The notes: generated by a model from the sequence alone, not told the origin. DNA of 63,949 bases, filler included, from Octopus bimaculoides (GCF_001194135.2; 7 parts of 7 records of this genome joined end to end with filler, not necessarily neighbours in it); one strand, 5' to 3'. Positions 1 to 11,570 are shown, numbered from the whole stretch's first letter. Numbers and translations are program-made.

Positions 1-364
1 ATATATATATATATATATACATATACACACATCTGTGTATAATATATGCTTTTACAAGTGTGTATATAAAAGTGCATATCAATGTCCGTCGCCGTGTGCA
101 GTGTGTGTGAATTCTGTTGCCTGCAGTATTTGTGCAGCCGAGACAATCAATCTGCATCAGAAGATGTTGCAACTGTGTTGCACTATTAGATGCTGTTCAC
201 TGCAGTATCTATGCACTCTTTAGATGCAGCAATGTTAGCTTCTTGTGTTTTTTTTCTTTTCTTTTTTTATTATTTTGTCTTTGTTTCCTGTTTTTGTAGA
301 GGTCTAGAGGTCAACTTCAAACTCTGCATCGAGCTCACCCATACCAACATACATGCATAAATAC

Positions 365-438
<74 letters not shown>

Positions 439-1689
439 GTGTATGTGTGTTTGTGTGTGTGTTTGTGTGTGTGTGTGTGTAAANNNNNNNNNNNNNNNNN
501 NNNNNNNNNNNNNNNNNNNNNNNNNNNNNNNNNNNNNNNNNNNNNNNNNNNNNNNNNNNNNNNNNNNNNNNNNNNNNNNNNNNNNNNNNNNNNNNNNNNN
601 NNNNNNNNNNNNNNNNNNNNNNNNNNNNNNNNNNNNNNNNNNNNNNNNNNNNNNNNNNNNNNNNNNNNNNNNNNNNNNNNNNNNNNNNNNNNNNNNNNNN
701 NNNNNNNNNNNNNNNNNNNNNNNNNNNNNNNNNNNNNNNNNNNNNNNNNNNNNNNNNNNNNNNNNNNNNNNNNNNNNNNNNNNNNNNNNNNNNNNNNNNN
801 NNNNNNNNNNNNNNAACTTATTCTTTTGGCAGCTCAGCGTAGAGTCAGACCAAAAGAAAAATTATCTGCTATTCTTTTTAAAAGCACATCTTACATGTGA
901 GTGAATATATATATGTGTGCGTGCGTGTGTGTGTGTGTGTGTGTGTATGTGTGTGTGTGTGTGTGTGTGTGTATACATGTACATATGTATATGTGTATGT
1001 ATGTATGTATGTATGCATGTGTGTGTATGTATGTGTGTATGTATTATCAATATTCCTTACAATGCTTGCATCTGTCTATTACAGTTTGACTCTTTTGCTG
1101 TGTATCTTTTTATCTCCTTGGCATAATCTTTCCTCTGTCTCCCTCTTAATCTATCTGTCTATCTATCTATCTATCTATCTACCTGCATTTCTGTATATAT
1201 ATTTATCTATCTATCCATCTATCTGTCTAATTATCTATGTATTTATCTACCTGCATGTCTGTCTGTATATGGATGGAGGGATGGATGGATGGATCTATCG
1301 ATCTATCGATGTATCTAACTCTACCTCAATCCTTTAGTCTCTGTCGTTCTAGTTCCTTTGCACGCCAGGTCCAGCACGTACCCCCAGGACAACCACCACC
1401 ACTATCGCCACTGCCATCATACCATTCGGACACCCCTAATGCCTCACCATATCCCTTATATCCCCTACCTGCATTGGTACCCGTGACGTCATACGGTTGC
1501 CCACCGTTGCCACCGCCACCACCGCCACCTCCACCCCAATCTACATGTCGCTGATATAACCGCTGACGTCACACTATTGTAACAACTCCCCCCCACACAC
1601 ACACACACATACACATACACATACACGTACACACACATTCAGTTGTCAACCTGTAAAGCTACCCTCAAACCCTTCCCCTGTCGCCATCC

Positions 1690-1793
1690 GTAATTCCTTT
1701 ATAAACTACCACTGCTACTACTATTAGAACCATTACTACTAGAGCTGTTACTACTACTTCTACTCCAATTACTACAGCTACTACTACTACTAT

Positions 1794-1839
<46 letters not shown>

Positions 1840-1990
1840 GCTGCTACTACGAATACTAGTATGATGAGCCTGACATTTACTACCACCGCAACCGTGGCTA
1901 GTTCCACCACCAAGCACCTGTACTATCACCTCAACCACCACTAGCAATCACCATGACTAGTACCATACTTATGACTACTACCACCAACAC
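1690..1990. repeat. Degenerate (ACT)n/(ACC)n trinucleotide tract
   Basis: Direct reading; explains the poly-V/poly-S ORFs in the track. Confidence 0.9.
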
Positions 1991-2174
1991 TACTCTTGGC
2001 ACAAGACCCGAAATTTTGGGGAGGCGCCCAGTACGCAACTGGTACTTAACTTATCGACCACGAAATGATGAAAGGCAGAGTCGACCTCGGCGGAATTTGA
2101 ACCCAGAACGTAAAGTCAGACGTAATACCGCTAAGCATTTCGCCCCGCGTGCTAACGTTTCTACCATCTCGCCA
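1991..2174 (-). mobile_element. tRNA-derived SINE, family 'S1' (GGCGGTGAGCTGGCAGAA head), tail variant B
   Basis: Reverse complement reads ...GTTCAAATTCCGCCGAGGTCGACTCTGCCTTTCATCATTTCGTGGTCGATAAGTTAAGTACCAG..., matching about 11 other copies in the window. The 5' end abuts the (TAT)n tract. Confidence 0.85.
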
Positions 2175-2395
<221 letters not shown>

Positions 2396-3374
2396 AGGAT
2401 GGTAATATATAAAGAGAGGGAGATCTATATAGACATATAATACATATATGCATACAAGAATTTATAGATATGGGTGTCTATATTTGTATCTGTCTGTGTG
2501 TGTGCGCGTGACAGACAGTAGTATGTGATTATGCGTGCGCGCGGTAATGCGTATACATATATATATATACAGATATATGTATGCATACAGCTACACACAT
2601 AAAATTATACATACATGCATACATATGAATATTTATGTATACGTATGTGCGTGTGTAACTATCTACTATGTATAAATATCTACAAGATATAAATGTAATT
2701 ATATATATATATGCACATATATGTATGCATATATATATACATACATATATACATGTATGTAAATATATGTACTTATATAGACACATATGTTCAAACGTAT
2801 ATATGTGGCGTGTTTCTCTTTGTGTATATATGTCAATGTATATGTGTGTGTATGTGTATGTGTGTGAGTACACATATATGCATATATACTCGCACGCGTT
2901 CACACATTCATACATACACAGACGTGTGAAGATTGTTACGTAACATGCGAGTGTATACACCTTTGTCTTCATACACACACGCACACACGATTCTATAAGC
3001 TTCTATATACATGCATCATCCCTATTAATACAACCACACACACACACACGCACACGTTATTGTATTCCAGGTAATATGAAAAGAAGGTGTGCGTTGCATT
3101 CAATCTTAAAACGATGGGTGTCAGGTTTGTGTATATTTCTGTGATGCAGTGAAGAATTGCACGTCCAATCAGCTTGCATTACTAAGGCAGCGCACAGCCA
3201 GGCGTGTCATTTTAGCTGCACTACAAAGTGCAGCTAGCGGTGAGAATGTCTGCACTTTTATTGCGTCGGTCTGCATGCGTTACTCTCGCATACAGGCCGA
3301 CCAACGAAGACAAAGCAGCGTGCATGTGTGTGTATGTATATGTATATTCATGCATGCATAAATACATACATACG

Positions 3375-3410
<36 letters not shown>

Positions 3411-3431
3411 TACGTGCGTTTGTATATATGT

Positions 3432-3480
<49 letters not shown>

Positions 3481-3918
3481 CATACATACATACATATATA
3501 TGCGTGTATGATGTTTGTATTATAAATACATGCATACATGCGCACACACGCACACAGCGATTATCTTTTTACGTTCATATCTTCGTCTATGTCTGCATAT
3601 GTGTGTGTGTGTGTGTGTATGCTTTACTGTGTGTATATATANNNNNNNNNNNNNNNNNNNNNNNNNNNNNNNNNNNNNNNNNNNNNNNNNNNNNNNNNNN
3701 NNNNNNNNNNNNNNNNNNNNNNNNNNNNNNNNNNNNNNNNNNNNNNNNNNNNNNNNNNNNNNNNNNNNNNNNNNNNNNNNNNNNNNNNNNNNNNNNNNNN
3801 NNNNNNNNNNNNNNNNNNNNNNNNNNNNNNNNNNNNNNNNNNNNNNNNNNNNNNNNNNNNNNNNNNNNNNNNNNNNNNNNNNNNNNNNNNNNNATATATA
3901 TATATATATATATATAAA

Positions 3919-4190
3919 CAGGCGTGTTTGTGTGGTAAGAAGCTTACTTCCCAATCATATGGTTCCGGGTTCATTCCCAATGCGCGGCACCTTGGGTAAG
4001 TGTCCGTGCTTGTTGTTGACTAGTGTTGGCCTAATTTCGCCTTTGTAACTTAGCGCTTCTTCAAAAGAAGCGATAGAATAAGTATCAAATTTAAATACAA
4101 GAACTGGGATTGATTTGGTTGTGTAAACGCGTGAAGAGACGGCCCTTGCATAGCCAGAGTCAATGAATGAACTAAGAGAAAAGAGAAAAT
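3919..4190 (+). mobile_element. Diverged tRNA-derived SINE, family 'S4' (GGCGTGGCTGTGTGGTAAGAAG head)
   Basis: GGCGTGTTTGTGTGGTAAGAAGCTTACTTCCCAATCATATGGTTCCGGGTTCATTCCC...CACCTTGGGTAAGTG, then ...GATAGAATAAGTA...CTGGGATTGATTT. Collinear with the copy at 52727. Confidence 0.75.
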
Positions 4191-5497
4191 CGTGAACAGT
4201 AATGTAAGTGTCCATTATTTCTTCTGCTATAGCTTCCTGGAACTACCCTTACCATAATGAAGGATAAGGTTAATTAGAGGAATAACATGAATACTCAGTC
4301 CGAAGCAGTTAGAAACATATAATTATATGGTTCAATACTCCTTTTAGCCTAAGTGTGTGTACATGTATCTCTAAAATTTACTTAAATTTGTGATCTAAGT
4401 AATTTTGGTTTAACCGTTTATATCACAATATATTTAATATGAATAAAGTTAAAATAATATTTTAGCTCTATACAAAACTTAGTATACAAAGAAAAATCTT
4501 AAATAGTTACCTATATCCAGTACTTTCCATCGGTGTAGCAAATTCTCCGTCGTAATATAATTTGTCTTTCACTATTTATGTTACTTTCGTAAAAATAAGC
4601 TATAAATAATAAAACAAACTATAGTTACACTATAGATATTTTACAATCTATAGATAGGCTACAGATAGTAAAATACATTAGTTTCACTATAATATATTTT
4701 ATAAAAATAGAATTTATAACTTCCAGATAATGATTGAATTTCAAAAGTTCATATGGGTTTGACTAGCATTAATTTGAGTTACGATTTAACAAACATATCT
4801 ATACTTTGAGAAACCCAAAACATTATTTTACTGTCGTAAAATAAACTATAGTCTCACTATAGATAGTGAAGCACTATAGAGAGAAAGTTGAAAATAACTT
4901 GGCAGACATTAGAACATTCCAAGCTATATAGCTAAATGTTCTAGACAATAAAGTGTGTGATCCTTTTCTGAAAAGAAAAAAAAAATTATTGTTCCATAAA
5001 GCATCTACCCTAAACTCATTCGAGCCACAATAGTTTTGTCACCATAAATCGAAAATTTTATTGCGAGTTTTTAAAATGCATATCTGTCAAAAACTACATA
5101 GCCATGTTTCTTAGTATTAAAAACTTCAAAGGAATCCAAAAGACTTCTTTTGCTAATGTGCATCTCACATTCAACAACTTTTATCGCCATAAATTGAAAA
5201 TTATGTTCAAATATTTCAAAAAGCCAAACAGCTGAACGCCAAAGACTTTTCTATTATACTTTCAAATGCTTCAAACAGCTTGAAACCCTTTCTTTTCTTG
5301 ACGTGCATCATATTCATNNNNNNNNNNNNNNNNNNNNNNNNNNNNNNNNNNNNNNNNNNNNNNNNNNNNNNNNNNNNNNNNNNNNNNNNNNNNNNNNNNN
5401 NNNNNNNNNNNNNNNNNNNNNNNNNNNNNNNNNNNNNNNNNNNNNNNNNNNNNNNNNNNNNNNNNNNNNNNNNNNNNNNNNNNNNNNNNNNNNNNNA

Positions 5498-5803
5498 ACT
5501 CATCCATGAAAATCCACTTTGCAGTGTGGTCCGGGCAAGTTTGTTTATGGAAGACCAGCAGTCACCCATGCATACCGGTCTCCCCTCTCCACGCCACCAG
5601 TGTTATCCAAAGGGAAAGGCAAAGGGGCCGATATAGCTTGGCACCTGTGACGTCGCAACTTATTTCTACAGCTGAGTCAACTGGAGCAACGTGAAATAAA
5701 GTGTCTTGCTCAAGAACACAACACGCAGTCCGGTCCGGGATTCGAACACACAACCTCACGATCGTAAGCTCGACGCTCTAACCACTGAGCCATGCGCCTT
5801 CAC
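5498..5803 (-). mobile_element. tRNA-derived SINE, family 'S3' head with tail Z; 3' end lost in gap
   Basis: Minus strand GTGAAGGCGCATGGCTCAGTGGTTAGAGCGTCGAGCTTACGATCGTGAGGTTGTGTGTTCGAATCCCGG carries A- and B-box-like motifs, followed by TTGTGTTCTTGAGCAAGACACTTTATTTCACGTTGCTCCAG. Confidence 0.88.
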
Positions 5804-7672
5804 TACATATGTTAGGTGAGCATTTATTAGCCTAAGTTTCAGATTGCCAGATTTGTTATCAAATATGTATTGGATGTATTGGAAGTGTGTTAGACTCTTG
5901 TTGACACACTTCCTTAGTAGCACTTCTAACTTTTTCTTTAGTATCTCAATGTATCACTCGCTATTTACAGTTCAGCCACATTCTACAAAAGACACGAAGA
6001 ATGACGTCTTTGTCTTGCAGAAAATAGTCTCCCCGTGCTTTTGTACCAATCGCTGTCTTTCGAACTTCTTAGGAGTTAAAGAATTGATGTGACAGCATTC
6101 CACAGACAAAGTCTTGCTGCAAACCACGTAAGCGAAGTATTTAGAGGAGTGTGTCTTTGTATATTTTGACATATCAAAGTCTTGAACGCGTGAATAATGT
6201 GGAATATAAAAGAGAATGTTATCTTTTAGAAACAAATATAAAAATATGGAAAAAGCAAGGAGAATACGGAGTTGAAATACGTCCTGAACCTTGATTTGCG
6301 GCCGAAATCAGGTTGTCGAGCTTCAACTGCGTCTAAGAGGGTAGGAAAAGCAAACGGTGTTCTGAACATGCTGATAACGATGATGATGATGATGATGTTG
6401 ATGATGATGCTGATGATGGTGGTGGTGGTGATGATGNNNNNNNNNNNNNNNNNNNNNNNNNNNNNNNNNNNNNNNNNNNNNNNNNNNNNNNNNNNNNNNN
6501 NNNNNNNNNNNNNNNNNNNNNNNNNNNNNNNNNNNNNNNNNNNNNNNNNNNNNNNNNNNNNNNNNNNNNNNNNNNNNNNNNNNNNNNNNNNNNNNNNNNN
6601 NNNNNNNNNNNNNNNNNNNNNNNNNNNNNNNNNNNNNNNNNNNNNNNNNNNNNNNNNNNNNNNNNNNNNNNNNNNNNNNNNNNNNNNNNNNNNNNNNNNN
6701 NNNNNNNNNNNNNNNNNNNNNNNNNNNNNNNNNNNNNNNNNNNNNNNNNNNNNNNNNNNNNNNNNNNNNNNNNNNNNNNNNNNNNNNNNNNNNNNNNNNN
6801 NNNNNNNNNNNNNNNNNNNNNNNNNNNNNNNNNNNNNNNNNNNNNNNNNNNNNNNNNNNNNNNNNNNNNNNNNNNNNNNNNNNNNNNNNNNNNNNNNNNN
6901 NNNNNNNNNNNNNNNNNNNNNNNNNNNNNNNNNNNNNNNNNNNNNNNNNNNNNNNNNNNNNNNNNNNNNNNNNNNNNNNNNNNNNNNNNNNNNNNNNNNN
7001 NNNNNNNNNNNNNNNNNNNNNNNNNNNNNNNNNNNNNNNNNNNNNNNNNNNNNNNNNNNNNNNNNNNNNNNNNNNNNNNNNNNNNNNNNNNNNNNNNNNN
7101 NNNNNNNNNNNNNNNNNNNNNNNNNNNNNNNNNNNNNNNNNNNNNNNNNNNNNNNNNNNNNNNNNNNNNNNNNNNNNNNNNNNNNNNNNNNNNNNNNNNN
7201 NNNNNNNNNNNNNNNNNNNNNNNNNNNNNNNNNNNNNNNNNNNNNNNNNNNNNNNNNNNNNNNNNNNNNNNNNNNNNNNNNNNNNNNNNNNNNNNNNNNN
7301 NNNNNNNNNNNNNNNNNNNNNNNNNNNNNNNNNNATATATATACACAATTATTTTGTACGCTGTGCTATATAAGATTACCATAACCCGTATAAATATGTG
7401 TGAGCCTCTGTGTGTTTCAGTTAATCAGTGTGTGTGTATGAAAACAAATGAAATAACATGTGTGTGTGTGTGTGTGTGTGTATGCGTATGTGCATATGTG
7501 CATAATGTGTGTTTGTGTGTGAGTGTGTGTGAGCGTGTGCCTGTGAGTTTTTATGCGTGTGTCTCTGTTTATAAGATCGTGCGTACATTCTTGTCTTTGC
7601 GCTTGTGTGTTTGCATACGAGCGTGCTCNNNNNNNNNNNNNNNNNNNNNNNNNNNNNNNNNNNNNNNNNNNN

Positions 7673-7684
7673 TTAATTAATTAA
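7673..7684. other. Artificial six-frame-stop linker TTAATTAATTAA in a 100-bp spacer (N44-12-N44); also at 21820, 24101, 34544, 57404, 61211
   Basis: Identical 12-mer flanked by N runs at six places; the left run counted here is 44 N (7629-7672). Confidence 0.95.
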
Positions 7685-7728
7685 NNNNNNNNNNNNNNNN
7701 NNNNNNNNNNNNNNNNNNNNNNNNNNNN

Positions 7729-7771
<43 letters not shown>

Positions 7772-8045
7772 TTGCATTTGATAAATTAGTTTACACAGAC
7801 AAAAAATATATAAAAAAAAGACAAGCTTAAGATTAGTTCGCTCATTACCTTAGTATGGTTGAAGTGGTTATTAATATAGTTAAGAGGAAAATCTTAACAA
7901 AATAAACAGGTTTTAAAGTTGTAAAGAAAGATAACAACAACGACCACCACCACTACAGCAGCAACAGCAGCAACAACAAGAACAACAAAGACAGCAGCAA
8001 CAACAGCAGCAGCAGTAATAACATAACAACAACTACAGCTACTCA

Positions 8046-8133
<88 letters not shown>

Positions 8134-8231
8134 GAGAAGAAGAAGAAGAAGAAGAAGAAGAAGAAGAAGAAGAAGAAGAAGAAGAAGAAGAAGAAGAAGA
8201 AGAAGACGAAGAAGAAGACGAAGAAGAAGAA
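8046..8231. repeat. Compound (AAT)n-(GAA)n microsatellite
   Basis: Direct reading; GAA part about 8104-8231. Confidence 0.97.
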
Positions 8232-8540
8232 TGTGTACCAAAACTGTTGCATTATTAAGATATTCTGAAGAAAAAAATTCCCAAAATCACAACAAAAATA
8301 GTCTAAATAATATTTAATCCAAATAAACTTACCAATTCTCCATCATGTTTCCGATTCTACAAAATGCCAATTCTTTTCTACAGTATCATGTAGAAGTGTA
8401 TCAATCTTTGGTAAAAAGAATTCCGGTTTCTTTTCTTCCCCATGATTCCATGAAATTAATATAGACAGTTTATGACAGCGCAGTTTAGATTCGAGATAAT
8501 TTAACCGAAACTAACCATAACTTTTCATGTATTAACTAAT

Positions 8541-8690
8541 TCCTCCTCCTCCTCCTCCTCCTCCTTCTGCTTCTTCTTCTTCTTCTTCTTCTTCTTCTTC
8601 TTCTTCTTCTTCTTCTTCTTCTTCTTCTTCTTCTTCTTCTTCTTCTTCTTCTTCTTCTTCTTCTTCTTCTTCTTCTTCTTCTTCTTCTTC
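8541..8690. repeat. (TCC)n-(TTC)n microsatellite
   Basis: Direct reading; TTC part about 8571-8690. Confidence 0.97.
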
Positions 8691-9047
8691 CACCCCCACC
8701 ACCACCGTATTCTTCCGGGCTTTACGCCATAAAAATGAAACGGCACATTAAAAAGTGTAGTCTAAGATATACTATGCCTGGAACAATAGGATTGTTAATT
8801 TTAGTAGGTCTCTTATCCTAGGTTTACTCAAACAGGTCTGTCCAGTTTCGTGTATTGTTCGTGTGTTCTGTAAACCTGACAGAAATAGAAGCTAAACATC
8901 TTCCACATCACAGCCTATACTCATATTAATTTGATGTACTCATTGAACATGATTGCTCTAAGTACTCTAAACAGCCAGAAACTCTTGCTACTGCTGCTAT
9001 AAGTTTCTTTGCTCTATTTCTTTTTTAGAACACCAAAGACTGTTTTG

Positions 9048-9367
9048 AGGCGCAATGGCCCAGTGGTTAGAGCAGCGGACTCGTGGTCGGAGGATCGCGG
9101 TTTCGATTCCCAGACCGGGCGCTGTGTGTGTTTATTGAGCGAAAACACTTAAAAGCACCACGAGGCTCCGGCAGGGGCTGGTGGCGACACCTGTTAGTTT
9201 TTTTATTCTCCAACTTTCTCTCACTCTTTCTTCCCGTTTCTTGAGTAAAACTGCGATGGACTGGCGTCCCGTCCAGCTGGGGGCAGGGAACACATACGCC
9301 ATAGAAACCGGAAAACCGGGCCCATGAGCCTGGCTAGGCTTTATAAGGGCGCATAAAAAAAAAAATA
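9048..9367 (+). mobile_element. Full-length tRNA-derived SINE, 'S2' head with tail Y, A-rich tail and 13-bp TSD
   Basis: GGCGCAATGGCCCAGTGGTTAGAGCAGCGGAC...GGTTTCGATTCCCAG (A/B boxes). Poly-A tail. TSD AAAGACTGTTTTG at 9035-9047 and 9368-9380. Confidence 0.92.
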
Positions 9368-10391
9368 AAAGACTGTTTTGCTTTTCTATCACAGAATTGG
9401 TTTTCTGGAAGATTTCTTCCCCACTACTTTGCATCGTTTTGGTCAAATAAAAAATTGACAATTGAAAACAAACTTCAAATAAATCAATCTGATTAATTGT
9501 GAATACTTTGTTATTTTCATTTCATTGCCGACTTATTACTTAGCTTGGTTCCTTTATTTCCATTTAAACACTTCCGGAGTGGGAAGTGATTTGCGATTTA
9601 TCCAGCCTAGCACAGTATTATAGAATTTTGATCTACCATAGTTCTATTCCGTAAAAATAAAACTCCAAAAAGAAGTGGGCGAAAAATATTAAAAAAATAA
9701 AAGAAGAAATACAAAAAATGAAAAGAACAATATACAGAATTTCTGATTAAAATATAAAAAAAGATATTCTTTTGTTTTGGGATCAAATTATTTATTTTAT
9801 TCAAAATGTATAAAAAAATTAAAACACAAAATTTATTCTTCGTTAAAGCTTTATAATTAAATCTTTTGGTACGTCTATTAAATTATCTCGGAGCATACTT
9901 AACTTATAATCATACATTTTACAAGATATTCTCGTATTCCAGATAACAATTTGTAGTATTCTTTAAATATAACAAATAGAGATTACTTCCAAAAGTTCTA
10001 GAATTCAGTTCTTTATTTGCGCTGTCAGGAATATTCAACGGAATTTGTTTTAGTTTTTAAAATTTTTTATCTCTATTCGGAATCGTTGGTTCCAGATTTG
10101 GTCTTGTCCAATTGCTGATTCATTGTAATTTTGACTGTATCTCTAACATAAGGAAGAGGTTGATTGCAAGGCACCAGCATCACAGCAAATGTTTACTTCC
10201 ATCACCGAAGTGCGTTGTCAAAAGATACGTACACACATGTTCACATACGTGTACACATACGTACACACATGTTCACAGACATACGCACGCACGCACGCAC
10301 ACACGCACATACATACAGACAGACAGATAGACATGTGTGTATATATATATATATATATATATCTAGATCAATAGCTATCTATATATATAAA

Positions 10392-10626
10392 GGCGGTGAG
10401 CTGGCAGAAACGTTAGCACGTCGGGCGAAATGTTTAGCGGTATTTCGTCTGCCGTTACGTTCTGAGTTCAAATTCCGCCTAGGTCGACTTTGCCTTTCAT
10501 CCTTTCGGGGTCGATAAATTAAGTACTAGTTACGCAATGGGGTCGATGTAATCGACTTAATCCCTTTGTCTGTCCTTGTTTCTCCCCTCTATGTTTAGCC
10601 CCTTGTGGGCAATAAAGAAATAAGAA
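10392..10626 (+). mobile_element. SINE S1, full length, tail variant A
   Basis: GGCGGTGAGCTGGCAGAAACGTTAGCACG...GTTCAAATTCCGCC...TTTAGCCCCTTGTGGGCAATAAAGAAATAAGAA. Confidence 0.92.
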
Positions 10627-10830
10627 GCGTTAGCACGCTGGGCGAAATGCTTAGCGGTATTTCATCTGTCTTTACGTTCTGAGTTCAAATTCCGCGGAGG
10701 TCGACTTTACCTTTCATCCTTTCGGGTGAGGGGGGGGGGGTCGATAAATTAAGTACCAGTTGCGTACTGGGGTCGATCTAATCGACTGGCCCCATCCCTC
10801 AAAATTTCGGGCCTAGAGTAGAAGAGAATA
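10624..10830 (+). mobile_element. SINE S1, 5'-truncated, tail variant B, fused head-to-tail to the previous copy
   Basis: Starts at (AGAA)GCGTTAGCACG; ends CCCTCAAAATTTCGGGCCTAGAGTAGAAGAGAATA. Confidence 0.9.
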
Positions 10831-10854
10831 TCTATACACATACATACATACATT

Positions 10855-11059
10855 TATACAAGTTCTTGGTTTTGGGTAAAAGAAAATACAGGAGGTTCAG
10901 TTAATTATGATTTTATTCAACATATTCTCCTCATCGATTCACACATCTATCGCAGCGGTCCTTCAGTTTTTGTAAGGCCTGTAAACGAACTCGAAAGTAT
11001 GGATCTCCAGCCAGACCTTTCGCGATATCCTTAAAGCCAGGAACTTTTCAGCACGCCTC

Positions 11060-11062
<3 letters not shown>
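10855..11062 (-). mobile_element. Internally deleted mariner-type element (MITE)
   Basis: Minus strand starts TA-CGAGGCGTGCTGAAAAGTTCCTGGCTTTAAGG (mariner-type TIR). It retains the transposase C-terminus ALQKLKDRCDRCVNR*GEYVE* (cf. mariner ...KLPERWQKCI...GDYVE). The opposite TIR is degenerate. Confidence 0.75.
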
Positions 11063-11102
<40 letters not shown>

Positions 11103-11183
11103 TGTATATATATATATACACACACAATTATGTATATGTATGCATGTACTTATTATGTATGTTTGTACGTCTGTATGTGTATA

Positions 11184-11216
<33 letters not shown>

Positions 11217-11524
11217 TGTATCATATATACATGTGTGTGTGTGTGTATGTGTGTGTATACATGTAGTTTTTCCATCGTTTATAATGAAATATTTCGATAA
11301 TAGAAATTGAGTAATTGCTTCTTGCGTTCTCAACGTTGGGGTTCTTACCTTTCAAACTTGGAAATATTCTTTGTTGCCGACATGACAGTTCTGATGAAAT
11401 TGATAAAAGACATTCCAACATTGACCATCCCGTATTATTCTTGTCGTGGGCCCAGACTTTCGTAGTTTTAAAACGTGAGGGGCGGCTGCTTTGTTACGTA
11501 GTCTTCGACGGCGTCGTCGCGGTC

Positions 11525-11534
11525 GTCGTCGTCG

Positions 11535-11570
<36 letters not shown>

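Noticed and set aside
5075-5250. Minus-strand peptide LLDSFEVFNTKKHGYVVFD resembling an EF-hand
   Set aside because: Lacks the canonical Asp/Glu ligands, is bounded by stops, and has no splice sites.
5972-6307. 111-codon stop-free minus-strand frame with a hydrophobic stretch (LRILLAFSIFLYLFL), resembling a type II membrane protein
   Set aside because: No in-frame ATG or compatible acceptor and no recognisable domain. A rough estimate predicts a few frames of this length by chance in this much unique DNA.
7629-7728. TTAATTAATTAA palindromes as a recurring biological motif
   Set aside because: Always centred in fixed 100-bp N spacers, so they are assembly linkers. Apparent neighbours across them, such as the Dong end and RTE end at 57359/57460, may not be adjacent in the genome.
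9049-9120. tRNA-like sequences at SINE heads (also 5730-5803, 19900-19970)
   Set aside because: They have A/B boxes but continue into SINE bodies with tails and TSDs, and I could not fold a full cloverleaf. They are not tRNA genes.
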